Origin: Candidatus Bathyarchaeota archaeon
GTDB lineage: Archaea; Thermoproteota; Bathyarchaeia; Bathyarchaeales; Bathycorpusculaceae
Direction of reading: 5' to 3'
Assembly (NCBI GenBank): GCA_963840325.1
Contig: CAWIYM010000006.1
Location: 13,698-77,697, forward strand
DNA length: 64,000 nt
The notes under the pieces were generated by a model that saw nothing but the letters and a program-made list of their open reading frames with translations, did not search any database and had not been told where the DNA came from. This document shows positions 50,246-59,647 of the stretch, piece by piece. Within the stretch, counting starts at the first letter, position 1. The number at the start of each line of letters is the position of its first letter. The translations under genes and the position numbers were made by a program.

Positions 50246-51166
50246 TTGCCAGATAATTTGAGAAAGGAGCCATCGCTAGCGTTTGGTGGACAAGCACTAA
50301 TTGAAGGTGTAATGATACGCTCTCGCAGACATATGGTATCATGCGTGAGAAATCCCAGAAAAGAAATCGTAGTAGATATAAAGCCGATAAATCCTTATTC
50401 TGAAAAACACAGAATTTTGGGCTGGCCTTTTTTCCGAGGCATAGTGAACATGGTTGAAAACTTTTACCTCGGTATGAAAGCCATATTGTCTTCTGCAACT
50501 ACGGCTTTTGAAATTGAAGGATCCGAAGGTAGAGAGCCAGAAAAGTTAGAGTTTGGTTATGCAGAAATCGGTTTGCTTGCAGCTGCCGTTGTGGGCATTA
50601 TGGCTGTTTTCTTTTTGGTGCCATTCCTTTTGTCCACTTGGCTAAACCTGAAGGGCTTTGTTTTCATCTTAGTCGAGGCTTTCATTCGGCTAACTATGTT
50701 TGTGGCTTATCTATCAGTGATTTCCCTTTGGGGTCAATACAAACGGGTGCTGATGTATCACGGTGCGGAACATAAAGCCATAAACGCCAATGAAGCAGGA
50801 GTTCCGATGGATGTTGAACATGTAAAACATTATTCGCGTCTACATCCTCGATGCGGAACTAGTTTTCTTTTTATTGTACTAATAATCAGCATTGTCCTGT
50901 TCACAATAATGCCGAACTTGGGTTTCGCAATCAACTTTGCCTACCGCCTGCTGTTTATTCCCGTCATCGCAGGAATCTCCTATGAACTTCTGCGATTAAG
51001 TGGCAAATACAAAGACTCTCCCATAACAAAAGTCCTAATCTCTCCGGGATTAGCATTTCAACGACTAACCACTAAAGAACCCACCGACGATATGCTGGAA
51101 GTCTCAATTAAAGCAGTTACCGAAGTTAACAAACTTATTTGCTCTACTCTACAAGACAACAAATGA
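50246..51166 (+). CDS. DUF1385 (YqhQ-like) membrane protein
   Basis: GGQALIEGVM, YHGAEHKAI, SRLHPRCGTSF, QRLTTKEP; start uncertain (50216-50258). Confidence 0.92.
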   Translation: MPDNLRKEPSLAFGGQALIEGVMIRSRRHMVSCVRNPRKEIVVDIKPINPYSEKHRILGWPFFRGIVNMVENFYLGMKAILSSATTAFEIEGSEGREPEKLEFGYAEIGLLAAAVVGIMAVFFLVPFLLSTWLNLKGFVFILVEAFIRLTMFVAYLSVISLWGQYKRVLMYHGAEHKAINANEAGVPMDVEHVKHYSRLHPRCGTSFLFIVLIISIVLFTIMPNLGFAINFAYRLLFIPVIAGISYELLRLSGKYKDSPITKVLISPGLAFQRLTTKEPTDDMLEVSIKAVTEVNKLICSTLQDNK

Positions 51167-51171
51167 TGTTT

Positions 51172-51198
51172 TTGGTGCAGGGGGTGGGATTCGAACCC
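51172..51198 (-). repeat. att site: 27-bp copy of tRNA-Leu 3' end
   Basis: TTGGTGCAGGGGGTGGGATTCGAACCC identical to 58514-58540. Confidence 0.95.
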
Positions 51199-51267
51199 TC
51201 TGTAAATGGAGAAATCACCCGCATCACCCCATTTTTGATTGTGCAGTTCAGCGTTTTCAGCATAGTG

Positions 51268-51981
51268 TTAGATTCCTTTTTGACCGTACAAGTTATGATG
51301 AGCAAAGTCCTCGATGTCTCTCCTGACACGTAAGCTTTTTGCTGGCATTTGTGGGTATCCCAGGCGGATTGTGTAAGCAATTTTTAGCGGTTCAGGGATA
51401 TCAAGAAGCTGCTTTAGTTCTTTCTCCACAGATACTGTTGCGGATAAACTTAGAATCTGCATGCTAATTCCAAGAGTCTGTGCAGTCAACCAGATGTTCT
51501 CCATAAGGCAGCCTAGACTTATGAAACCATAAACATCTACGGCAAGAGCAGGGGCTTTCTTTTCTGGATCGTACAAAACAATTAGAAGAGTTGGGCTGCC
51601 TCGAATGGAATTTTTTAACGGGACTGGAGGGGATTCATGTACGATTTGGCTGAATTTGGCTGGGTTAACCCAATCAGGCGGAAAACCAGTTGACAAAATC
51701 CCCGTCTTCTTCTGCTTGAGTTCCTCCTCTGAGAAAGATAGCTGCTCATAGTTGTCGCGCAGAAATTCCTCTAAGACTCTTGATTTAGTGTTGCCGATTT
51801 TTTCAAGCATCGCCTTGTCGTCAATGACTATGATTTCGTAATTTTGCATGTTATGCCCTGTAGGTGCCCATCGTGAAGATTCTAGTATCTCCCTGAGATT
51901 CTCTTTGGAAATTGGTCTGTCGGGGTCATATGGTACACGGGAAGATTGTCGTTCTTTGATAACCTTCAAGACTTCATTCAT
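51268..51981 (-). CDS. Nitroreductase family protein
   Basis: IKERQSSR, WAPTGHNMQ, ENIWLTAQTLGI, IRLGYP. Confidence 0.92.
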   Translation of the reverse strand: MNEVLKVIKERQSSRVPYDPDRPISKENLREILESSRWAPTGHNMQNYEIIVIDDKAMLEKIGNTKSRVLEEFLRDNYEQLSFSEEELKQKKTGILSTGFPPDWVNPAKFSQIVHESPPVPLKNSIRGSPTLLIVLYDPEKKAPALAVDVYGFISLGCLMENIWLTAQTLGISMQILSLSATVSVEKELKQLLDIPEPLKIAYTIRLGYPQMPAKSLRVRRDIEDFAHHNLYGQKGI

Positions 51982-52153
51982 AAAAACACCTTACCAGAAA
52001 CTTGGCATTTGCTTGAAATAAACGCTTTGGAGCTATTCCAATTAGATGTTTACACTATGTATCAGCGCGTGCTATGTCACTCCTATCTTGGATTTGATGC
52101 TTTCTGCAGGATATAGAAGCTACACCCCCCTGGCATTTTGAGCAGCCGTTGCA

Positions 52154-52186
52154 TCGAACCCTCTGTAAATGGAGATATCACCCGCA
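52154..52186. repeat. Second att-like copy (33 bp, 1 mismatch to 51191-51223)
   Basis: TCGAACCCTCTGTAAATGGAGA(A/T)ATCACCCGCA flanks the nitroreductase segment on both sides. Confidence 0.9.
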
Positions 52187-52299
52187 ATCTACTTTTTTCT
52201 TGATTATTCAAATTCTAAATTATGATTTGAAGTGCTTATGTTGAATGATTTTTATGGAATTGTAACACCTCAAATTGATCAAATAGAATAGAAAAAAAT

Positions 52300-52629
52300 A
52301 GGCGAAAAGAATGTTGCAGTGGTGTTAAACCAAGTAAAACAGTAAGTCGAAAGTTAGGAAAACCTGACCCGTCCCAGCCGCAATCTTTTTTCCCTCCCCA
52401 AGTAATTCAAAGAATTTTATTGTATGGAAGTTCGAATCGCGTCAGCATCTTCAACCACAAGCATTGTGGGGGATTTAAGTGCAGCAATTTGTTCAGAACA
52501 GTCAAAATTTTTCCAGAGCAACTCGCCCATTTTCTTTACAAGAATTGGCCAATCTTCGAGTCTGGGAACTATCTCTCTGTAAAGTTGGTAATTAGGCATC
52601 AGCTTCATCTTTCTGTGATGAAGACACAT
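52300..52629 (-). pseudogene. C-terminal remnant of an alpha/beta hydrolase
   Basis: PRLEDWPILVKKMG..PTMLVVEDADAIR, then across frameshifts FFELLG, GKKDCGWDGSG; N-terminus missing; bounds approximate. Confidence 0.7.
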
Positions 52630-52666
52630 CTGGTTAAACCCTACTCCAAAACCTTACTTAAAACAA

Positions 52667-53146
52667 TTAGAATCTGCCGCCGTACTGTACAATCTTGGTA
52701 CTCTTGCATAATCGCCTAAGATGCTTTACGACGTCTGGAGCATCCTCGAAAAATACGTCAATATCATTATCATTAAGAGCCTTAGCTTTTCTCTCAGCCT
52801 GAATTAAACTCCATTCCTTATTGCTGTCATTAACATAATTCTTTGTCATCAAATCGCTGTCTGAACTTGGAAGTATTGTTCGTGTTGCTATGACAGTTGC
52901 CATTGGGAAGTACTTCTTTGCCCATTTCTTTGTTAAATCTTCGACCAAAACTGACCGACCAGTAACAAAAAATAACTCGTCATCATCTGCGAGAAAATCG
53001 ACAGGGTTTAGCTGAATGCTCCTGTGTGAATAGTAGCACCTCATTAATTCTGATCTTTCTTGTTCATTTTTACAAGAGTCAATTGCTTTTAGACTATACA
53101 TTTCTTGATGCAAAACCACGCCATCAAGATCAAACGCTATTTTCAT
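52667..53146 (-). CDS. HAD-superfamily phosphatase-like protein
   Basis: IAFDLDGV (motif I), VTGR (II), K (III), FFEDAPD (IV). Confidence 0.8.
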   Translation of the reverse strand: MKIAFDLDGVVLHQEMYSLKAIDSCKNEQERSELMRCYYSHRSIQLNPVDFLADDDELFFVTGRSVLVEDLTKKWAKKYFPMATVIATRTILPSSDSDLMTKNYVNDSNKEWSLIQAERKAKALNDNDIDVFFEDAPDVVKHLRRLCKSTKIVQYGGRF

Positions 53147-53406
53147 TGTTAATTGATCCGTTCCTATTTACTTTCGTAGTTGGCTGATTTTAACAGTTTC
53201 TTCGTTTGAGAATATAAGGTTTCATGAACCATTGATTTCCAGTTGAACTCACCACGATAAAAAGATACAAGTAATCGTTCTCTTGGACAATTATCGTTTT
53301 CATAGCTCACTGAGAAATTTTAACGCTTGGGAAAATGTATCCTTCGACCTATTATCTGCCTATCCAACATAGTAGGCTTTTTATACTTTTCTTGTGAATT
53401 AGAGGC

Positions 53407-54264
53407 ATGGAAAAATTTCTATTAGTAAGTCCAAATTGTCTTGATCTCGCGGAGCCAAATATTGAGATAAAGAAATTCCATGACTGCGAGAATTATATTT
53501 ACATTCCTGAGATAGCAAAATTAAAGGATAAACATGTTGTGATTCTACATAGATGCTATCCAGACCAAGATTCGCGCGTTTTGCAGTTTTTTCAAATTCT
53601 AAGCGCAGTAAGACCAATTGCAACAAAGGTAACTGCAATTATTCCATATCTTCCCTACTCAAGGCAGGATGAGATTTTTAGACCAGGAGAAACTGATTCT
53701 GCGACTATGATCGTCAAATTACTGTCTTGTGCTGGGCTTGATGAGCTTATTACATTTAATTGTCATTTTTTAGAACCTGGCGATAGTAAAAAGAATATCT
53801 TCGGCTTAAATATCGAGAGTCGATCGATTGTTCCCGATTTGTTAGATTATGTTAGACCACGAGTATCAAATCCTGTTTTTATTGCACCAGATCAAGGTGC
53901 CGCTCACTTTGTTGAAAAATTGGGCGGGGTTAGTATGGAAAAAACCCTTGGTGAATATATCTATGGACCGCTTGCGTTTAGGCAAATTACTTCCGAAAAA
54001 CTCGATGCAGATATTGCTGGTCGAGACGTTATTTTAATTGATGATATGATTATTAGCGGAGAAACAATGGTTAAGGCTGTCCAAGTGTGTAAAAAGGGGG
54101 GAGCCAAACGAATTATTTGCGCTTCAGTTCATGGATTACTTGTGGGTTGCTCGTTTGATAGGATTAGAGCTGCAGGGGCAAAAGAAGTCGTTGTCAGTGA
54201 TAGTGTGCCAAGTCCTGCTGGAGTAGTAAGCATAAAAAAGCGGCTAAAAGACTTCTTACAATAG
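53407..54264 (+). CDS. prs: Ribose-phosphate pyrophosphokinase (divergent)
   Basis: IPYLPYSRQD, IAPDQGA, ILIDDMIISGETM, VHG, SDSVP. Confidence 0.9.
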   Translation: MEKFLLVSPNCLDLAEPNIEIKKFHDCENYIYIPEIAKLKDKHVVILHRCYPDQDSRVLQFFQILSAVRPIATKVTAIIPYLPYSRQDEIFRPGETDSATMIVKLLSCAGLDELITFNCHFLEPGDSKKNIFGLNIESRSIVPDLLDYVRPRVSNPVFIAPDQGAAHFVEKLGGVSMEKTLGEYIYGPLAFRQITSEKLDADIAGRDVILIDDMIISGETMVKAVQVCKKGGAKRIICASVHGLLVGCSFDRIRAAGAKEVVVSDSVPSPAGVVSIKKRLKDFLQ

Positions 54265-54800
54265 AGAAGAATAGCGATTTAATTTCGGCGGGTGGTACAA
54301 CCCCTTAAAAGGCAATAAAAAAATTTTAGTCACTAATTCTTTCTATTCGTTTATCTTGGGATGCGTTGTTATCAATTCGCTTATAATTTAATTTTTTAGG
54401 TAACACCTCAAGAATCGTGCGGTTAATCAATTAACCATTCTGTGTTTGTTAATACCTCAATTGAAATATTACGGCATACTAACAAACAATATCAAACCTA
54501 CTTCGCTAAAGTGACCGTTTAACGTAATTCTAAAGGGCAAATAATTCAACTTCTTAAATAAAGTATTGTTTATACAATATTTTTCGGTTCACAAAATGAA
54601 AGGAAGAAAAGACGAAAAAGATCTAGAACCTTAGCGAGCCCAAAGCATTCAAAACAACAATAACCATGGATAAAATTTGGTGGCTTCATTAATGAAGGCT
54701 TAATAGCTAGTGGCATACATTTTGTAACACGCGTGATCAAAAAATTAGCGAGCCCTATTGGCAAACAGTAAGAAAAAATCAGGTTTAACAGTTGATCCAG

Positions 54801-56411
54801 ATGGACGTAGAAGTAATACCAGCAATCTTAGTAAAAAGCCGAGAAGAATTGATAGCTCAGATTGAAAAAGTTAAGCCAAGCGTTACAACTGTTCATATAG
54901 ACATCATGGACAATATTTTTGTCCCAAATAATACCATCGGACTTGAAAGTCTAACAAATCTTCCCTCAGGAATCTCTTACGAATTCCACTGGATGGTTAA
55001 GGATCCTGAAAATTGGATTTCAAAAGTTCCGGGAAAACATAGGCACATAATTCATGTTGAGACTATTTTAGATTGGAGTAAAATTGAAAAAACACGCGCT
55101 TCCGGTGGAAAGATAAGTCTCGCCATCAACCCGCCGACACCAATCGAAAAACTTTATCCATATATCAATGATAAAGGCATCAAACAAGTTCTAATTATGA
55201 CCGTTAACCCTGGTTATAGCGGTCAAAAGTACATTGCTGAAGTCGAATCCAAAATTCAGGCTCTTCGAGCGAAATTCCCCGATCTCGAAATTGAAGTTGA
55301 TGGGGGAATAAATCCCGAAACTTCCGAGAGTGCTAGTGGAGCAGGAGCAAATATTCTTGCGGCATCGAGTGCAATTTTTATGGCAAAAAGTATTCCAGAT
55401 GCAGTTCAGAATATCTACGAGTCGGGAATACGAGGTCGAAATAAATGTCAAATTTGTTCCGAGAAAACAACCACGGAAATTGGAGCACCAAAACTTATTA
55501 CCGAACCTCCAAAACAAACGCTTCTTGCGGCAAGTCCATCGGTTGGAGTTGGAGCAACAAAAATTACCGACATAAAGAAACTCTATTTACTATCAAACAA
55601 TATTAGGCAAAGTATTGTTAAAATGCTTCACGCGGCAAAATCAGGTCACCCAGCAGGGGCAATGGGTTTAGCGGACGTTTTTGCGGCACTTTACTTTAAT
55701 GTTTTAAACCAGGACCCAAAAAATCCGAGTTGGGAAGGTCGGGATCGACTTGTATTATCAAACGGACACGTTTGTCCGGGATTATATGCTGCAATGTCTG
55801 AGGCAGGATATTTCCCAAAAGAAGAGTTAATGACACTTAGAAAAATGGGATCAAGGCTACAAGGGCATCCTCATAGAGAATCATTACCCGGAATTGAGAA
55901 TTGTTCAGGTCCTCTTGGCCAGGGACTGTCGATCGCGGTCGGAATGGCACTTGTTGCAAAGAGAGAAAAAAAGGGTTGGCGGGTTTACTGTGTCTGTTCA
56001 GATGGTGAGCATAACGAGGGACAAATGTGGGAAGCGGCACTTTTAGCCTCTAAATTTAAACTCGGAAATTTAGTTGCAATTATGGATCGAAATAATATTC
56101 AAATCGATGGATTTACTGAAGATGTTCTTCCACTTGAACCACTTGAAGAAAAATATAGAGCATTCGGATGGAATGTAATTAGTATCGATGGTCATAATAT
56201 TCAACAGATTATTTCAGCATGTAACGAAGCGAAAACAATAATCGATAAACCGACGATGATAATTGCACATACCGTACCTGGAAAAGATATCTCTTTTATG
56301 GAATTTATTACCGAGTGGCACGGAAAATCGCCGGGCGACAAAGAAGCAATAACCGCCTTAGAAGATCTTGAAAAGGAAAGAAAGTTCTACGGAAATGCAA
56401 AGAGGGATTAG
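54801..56411 (+). CDS. Ribulose-phosphate 3-epimerase fused to transketolase N-terminal (TPP-binding) subunit
   Basis: HIDIMD..FVPN, IMTVNPGYSGQ, EVDGGIN, then SGHP, DRLVLSNGH, LQGHP, GPLGQG, SDGEHNEG, WHGK. Confidence 0.9.
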   Translation: MDVEVIPAILVKSREELIAQIEKVKPSVTTVHIDIMDNIFVPNNTIGLESLTNLPSGISYEFHWMVKDPENWISKVPGKHRHIIHVETILDWSKIEKTRASGGKISLAINPPTPIEKLYPYINDKGIKQVLIMTVNPGYSGQKYIAEVESKIQALRAKFPDLEIEVDGGINPETSESASGAGANILAASSAIFMAKSIPDAVQNIYESGIRGRNKCQICSEKTTTEIGAPKLITEPPKQTLLAASPSVGVGATKITDIKKLYLLSNNIRQSIVKMLHAAKSGHPAGAMGLADVFAALYFNVLNQDPKNPSWEGRDRLVLSNGHVCPGLYAAMSEAGYFPKEELMTLRKMGSRLQGHPHRESLPGIENCSGPLGQGLSIAVGMALVAKREKKGWRVYCVCSDGEHNEGQMWEAALLASKFKLGNLVAIMDRNNIQIDGFTEDVLPLEPLEEKYRAFGWNVISIDGHNIQQIISACNEAKTIIDKPTMIIAHTVPGKDISFMEFITEWHGKSPGDKEAITALEDLEKERKFYGNAKRD

Positions 56412-56451
56412 ACAAGCACAAAAGTAAATTTAAATTTTTTATGGTGTTTAA

Positions 56452-57483
56452 ATGGTAAATTCATCAAAAATAAATAAGCAAATGGGTCTGATCGAAAATA
56501 TTGATGCTCCTCAGAATAAGAAACCAAGTCGGGATGGATTTGGGAAAGCATTAGTTGAGATTGGAGCTGAAAACCCAAATTTTTGGGTATTGACTGCCGA
56601 TGTTTCTGAAAGTTCGAGAACACATTGGTTTGCAGAAAAGTATCCAGATCGATTTGTTCAAGTTGGAGTATCTGAGCAGAATTTAGCAGGAGTTGCTGCA
56701 GGAATTGCTTCTTCGGGGAAAACAGCTTTTATCTCTGCGTATGCCGTTTTCTCGCCTGGAAGAAATTGGGATCAGATTCGTGTTTCACTTTGTTATAATA
56801 ATGTGCCAGTAAAATTACACGGTTCACATACAGGAGTTACAGTTGGACCCGATGGAGCATCTCACCAAGCATTAGAAGACATCGCAATTACTAGAGTTCT
56901 TCCCAATATGACAGTCATTGTTCCCGCAGATGTTGAAGAGGCAAGAAAAGCAACGATTGAAGCAAGCAAAACAAAAAATCCAGTTTACATTAGGTCATGT
57001 CGAGAGAAAATGCCTGCATTTACAACACATTTAACGCCATTCACAATTGGAAAGGCAAATATTTACAGGGACGGAGAAGATGTGGCAATTTTTGCATGCG
57101 GACCACAAGTATATGAATCAATAATTGCAGCAGAGAAACTCGAATCCGAAGGAATCTCATGTGCAGTAATTGATTGCCATACAATTAAGCCAATTGATGA
57201 AGACGCGATCAAATTTTGGGCAAAAAAAACCGGCCTGATAATTAGCGTTGAAGACCATCAAATAACAGGTGGACTCGGAGGAGCAATTGCAGAAATCGTA
57301 AGCGAATTGGGAAAGTCGACCCCATGCACATTAAAGCGGCATGGGATAAAAAATATATTCTGCGAATCAGGAGAACCCCTTGAACTTATGAAAAAATATG
57401 GGCTTGACTCAGAGGGAATTGCTAAATTTGTTCGAGAGAACTATAAAAGCGAATTGCAGGCTATTAGAGGGAAAGAGTTTTAA
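56452..57483 (+). CDS. Transketolase C-terminal subunit
   Basis: GVSEQN, GPDGASHQ, PVYIR, TIKPID, EDHQITGGLG. Confidence 0.93.
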   Translation: MVNSSKINKQMGLIENIDAPQNKKPSRDGFGKALVEIGAENPNFWVLTADVSESSRTHWFAEKYPDRFVQVGVSEQNLAGVAAGIASSGKTAFISAYAVFSPGRNWDQIRVSLCYNNVPVKLHGSHTGVTVGPDGASHQALEDIAITRVLPNMTVIVPADVEEARKATIEASKTKNPVYIRSCREKMPAFTTHLTPFTIGKANIYRDGEDVAIFACGPQVYESIIAAEKLESEGISCAVIDCHTIKPIDEDAIKFWAKKTGLIISVEDHQITGGLGGAIAEIVSELGKSTPCTLKRHGIKNIFCESGEPLELMKKYGLDSEGIAKFVRENYKSELQAIRGKEF

Positions 57484-57519
57484 TTGCTTAATTACGATAT
57501 CGATTTGGAGTGAAAAAGT

Positions 57520-58173
57520 ATGGAATTCTATTTAGATACTGCAAATATTGAACAGATCAAAAAAGCAGCCGCACTTGGAGTTGTCGATGGAGTTACAACG
57601 AATCCCACACTTATTGCAAGAGAAGGTGGAAAAAGTCAACAAGAGATAATTGCCGAGATTGCGCAAGTAATAACGGGACCTATTTCGGTTGAAGGCAATG
57701 CATGTACGTGTAATGAGATTGTTCGCGAGGCAGAAGCATATTCAAAATGGGCAAAAAATATTGTAATAAAAATTGCGTTTTCTCAGGAAGGAATTATGGC
57801 TGCAAGAATACTAGAAGAGAGGGGAATTAAAGTAAACGTAACATTAGTTTTTAGTGCAAGTCAAGCGTTAATTGCAGCAAAGGCAGGCGCAAGTTTCGTG
57901 TCGCCTTTTATCGGAAGACTGGATGATATATCTGAAGATGGAATGAATTTAGTTCGAGATATAATGCAAATTTACAAGAATTATGGATTTAAGACTAAAG
58001 TTATTGTTGCAAGCATTAGGCATCCGATTCATGTTTTAGAAGCAGCAAAGGCTGGAGCACATATTGCAACAATACCAGCCGATGTCTTAGCAAAGATGTG
58101 GAATCATCCGCTAACTGAAATTGGAATTAAGAAATTCAAAGAAGATTTCGCCAAATGCGAAGTGAAGAAATAG
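57520..58173 (+). CDS. fsa: Transaldolase (TalC/FSA family)
   Basis: FYLDTAN, GVTTNPTL, IVIKI, NVTLVFS, FVSPFIGRLDD, ASIRHP, HPLT. Confidence 0.93.
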   Translation: MEFYLDTANIEQIKKAAALGVVDGVTTNPTLIAREGGKSQQEIIAEIAQVITGPISVEGNACTCNEIVREAEAYSKWAKNIVIKIAFSQEGIMAARILEERGIKVNVTLVFSASQALIAAKAGASFVSPFIGRLDDISEDGMNLVRDIMQIYKNYGFKTKVIVASIRHPIHVLEAAKAGAHIATIPADVLAKMWNHPLTEIGIKKFKEDFAKCEVKK

Positions 58174-58270
58174 ATATTAAACTCCAAAAATTAGCAGGGA
58201 TCAGAATTTATCAAAAGTCAACTTTGTGTTCTGATTTGCCAAATTTTCCTTCCCATTGATACAAGTTGCT

Positions 58271-58468
58271 CTATTGGGGCATAAAAATGTCTTTTTAAGC
58301 ATTTTTTAAATCATTTACATCGGCTTGAAAAAACGCTTTTAATAGACGAAATCGACTATGTCTCAAAACTACTAAAACAAGAGCGGAAGCGTGCGTGTGA
58401 TAGAAGGAGGGTTTTCAGTTTATCGCGACTTTAACAGATACAAGGTCCTCCACAAGAGGAGATTCTAA
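58271..58468 (+). pseudogene. Degenerate C-terminal fragment of a tyrosine recombinase/integrase
   Basis: Stitching frames gives LLGHKNV...IYI..LEKTLLIDEIDYVSK..KTRAEAC..IEGGF..FI..DFNRYKVLHKRRF*; LGH..Y catalytic motif; converges on tRNA-Leu 3' end. Confidence 0.65.
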
Positions 58469-58514
58469 GTTCAAAAAAACCCTTTGGTGAACTCTCTGAT
58501 TATTTTACCATAGT

Positions 58515-58602
58515 TGGTGCAGGGGGTGGGATTCGAACCCACGAACGCCTACGCGATAGGGTCCTAAGCCCTACTCCGTTGACCTGGCTTGGAGACCCCT
58601 GC
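58515..58602 (-). tRNA. tRNA-Leu(TAG), CCA encoded, no intron
   Basis: GCAGGGG/CCCCTGC acceptor stem, TAGGG-CTTAGGA-CCCTA anticodon arm, long variable arm, TTCGAAT T-loop. Confidence 0.96.
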
Positions 58603-58754
58603 AAATCAAGCCGTGTAGTATAGATAATTTTACCTTAATATCTGTTAAGGATTTTTTTTATCTAAGCAAAACACTGCATTGATAAAATCGACCAACGCTT
58701 TGGCTACTGGAACTAACCACAACTTGACTGACAAAAGATAGTTCGCACAATAGT

Positions 58755-59399
58755 TCATTTTTTATTTCTTTTTTTAGTGTATGTTTGAGCAATAATAAGT
58801 AAGGTTGTTGTACCTACAATAATGAGAGCTATTGTTGTTGGTAACTCTGGAACGCTTGGGTTTACGCTAGGTGAGGGAGCGCTAAATGGTGTAGGGGTTG
58901 GTGTTGCTGTTAGCGTCGAGGTGGCTACGGTTGTTGGGGAAACAGTTGGTTCTTGTTTTGAAACGAACCAAGTCCAGGAAGCTCTGTTGAATTTAGTGTT
59001 GTTATCAATGCTTGGGGTTGCGTAATTATTTTGGAGCATTGCTTGGTTAATGTTTTCGTAGTAGGTGGCATTATAATTTATGTAAACTACGCAGAGTAGT
59101 CTTCCTTGGTCGGTTCTCGTTATGGTGTCAATATCTAGATAAACAGTTGTTCCGGGTGGTAATAGACCTGAGAGGTAAGTTTTTGATTCGCTATACCCTG
59201 TTTCTCCTGCTGCTGGGGTATCAATTAAAGCCAGCTTCACAGTCTCTCCAGAGGTAAGCATAAATGAACTGCCATCTAGTACTGACGAAACGGTACCGGT
59301 TTTGTTTATTTCAATGGTTGCCGCTAACGCGTCAGGAATCATAACAGAGAAAGTTATAAAATAAATCACAATTATTATTGAAAGTGATCGGTAGTGCAT
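58755..59399 (-). CDS. Secreted thermonuclease (SNase)-like protein with Thr/Pro linker and PEF-CTERM-like anchor
   Basis: V.DG..F, VKLALIDTP, GRLLCVVY, NINQAML; signal peptide; VPELP + TM helix + KKRNKK. Confidence 0.8.
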   Translation of the reverse strand: MHYRSLSIIIVIYFITFSVMIPDALAATIEINKTGTVSSVLDGSSFMLTSGETVKLALIDTPAAGETGYSESKTYLSGLLPPGTTVYLDIDTITRTDQGRLLCVVYINYNATYYENINQAMLQNNYATPSIDNNTKFNRASWTWFVSKQEPTVSPTTVATSTLTATPTPTPFSAPSPSVNPSVPELPTTIALIIVGTTTLLIIAQTYTKKRNKK

Positions 59400-59565
59400 T
59401 ATTAGTCATTGATAAGTACAGGGTGTTTCCTTTTATGGCTTGTTAGAGAACACAGAGTTTATTTTCTTTTAATTATCGGCAAATCATTTTGTTTATTGTT
59501 ATTTGAGGTTTGTTAACCGTAAGCGTTTTATTGACAGTCGCAATTCTTTCACGGGAACAGTGTAT

Positions 59566-59642
59566 GCCTTCGTAGCCTAGCCCGGTGGGGCGTTACCTTG
59601 GTAAGGTAATGGTCGCGGGTCCAAATCCCGCCGAAGGCTCCA
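59566..59642 (+). tRNA. tRNA-Thr(GGT), CCA encoded
   Basis: GCCTTCG/CGAAGGC acceptor stem, TTACC-TTGGTAA-GGTAA anticodon arm, U73; atypical T-loop TCCAAAT. Confidence 0.93.
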
Positions 59643-59647
59643 CATAA

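Larger units (their letters stand above)
51172..58540. mobile_element. Decayed integrative element/genomic island at tRNA-Leu(TAG)
   Basis: Exact 27-bp direct repeat of the tRNA 3' end at both borders; integrase remnant next to the tRNA; cargo visibly more AT-rich. Confidence 0.85.

Noticed and set aside
51139-51333. ORF running through the tRNA-Leu att site as a possible SSV-type split integrase fragment
   Set aside because: VGFEP is simply the antisense translation of a tRNA T-arm; no recombinase motifs
54631-54755. 11-bp direct repeat TTAGCGAGCCC upstream of the rpe-tkt operon
   Set aside because: Could be an operator, but two short copies with no regulator nearby are insufficient
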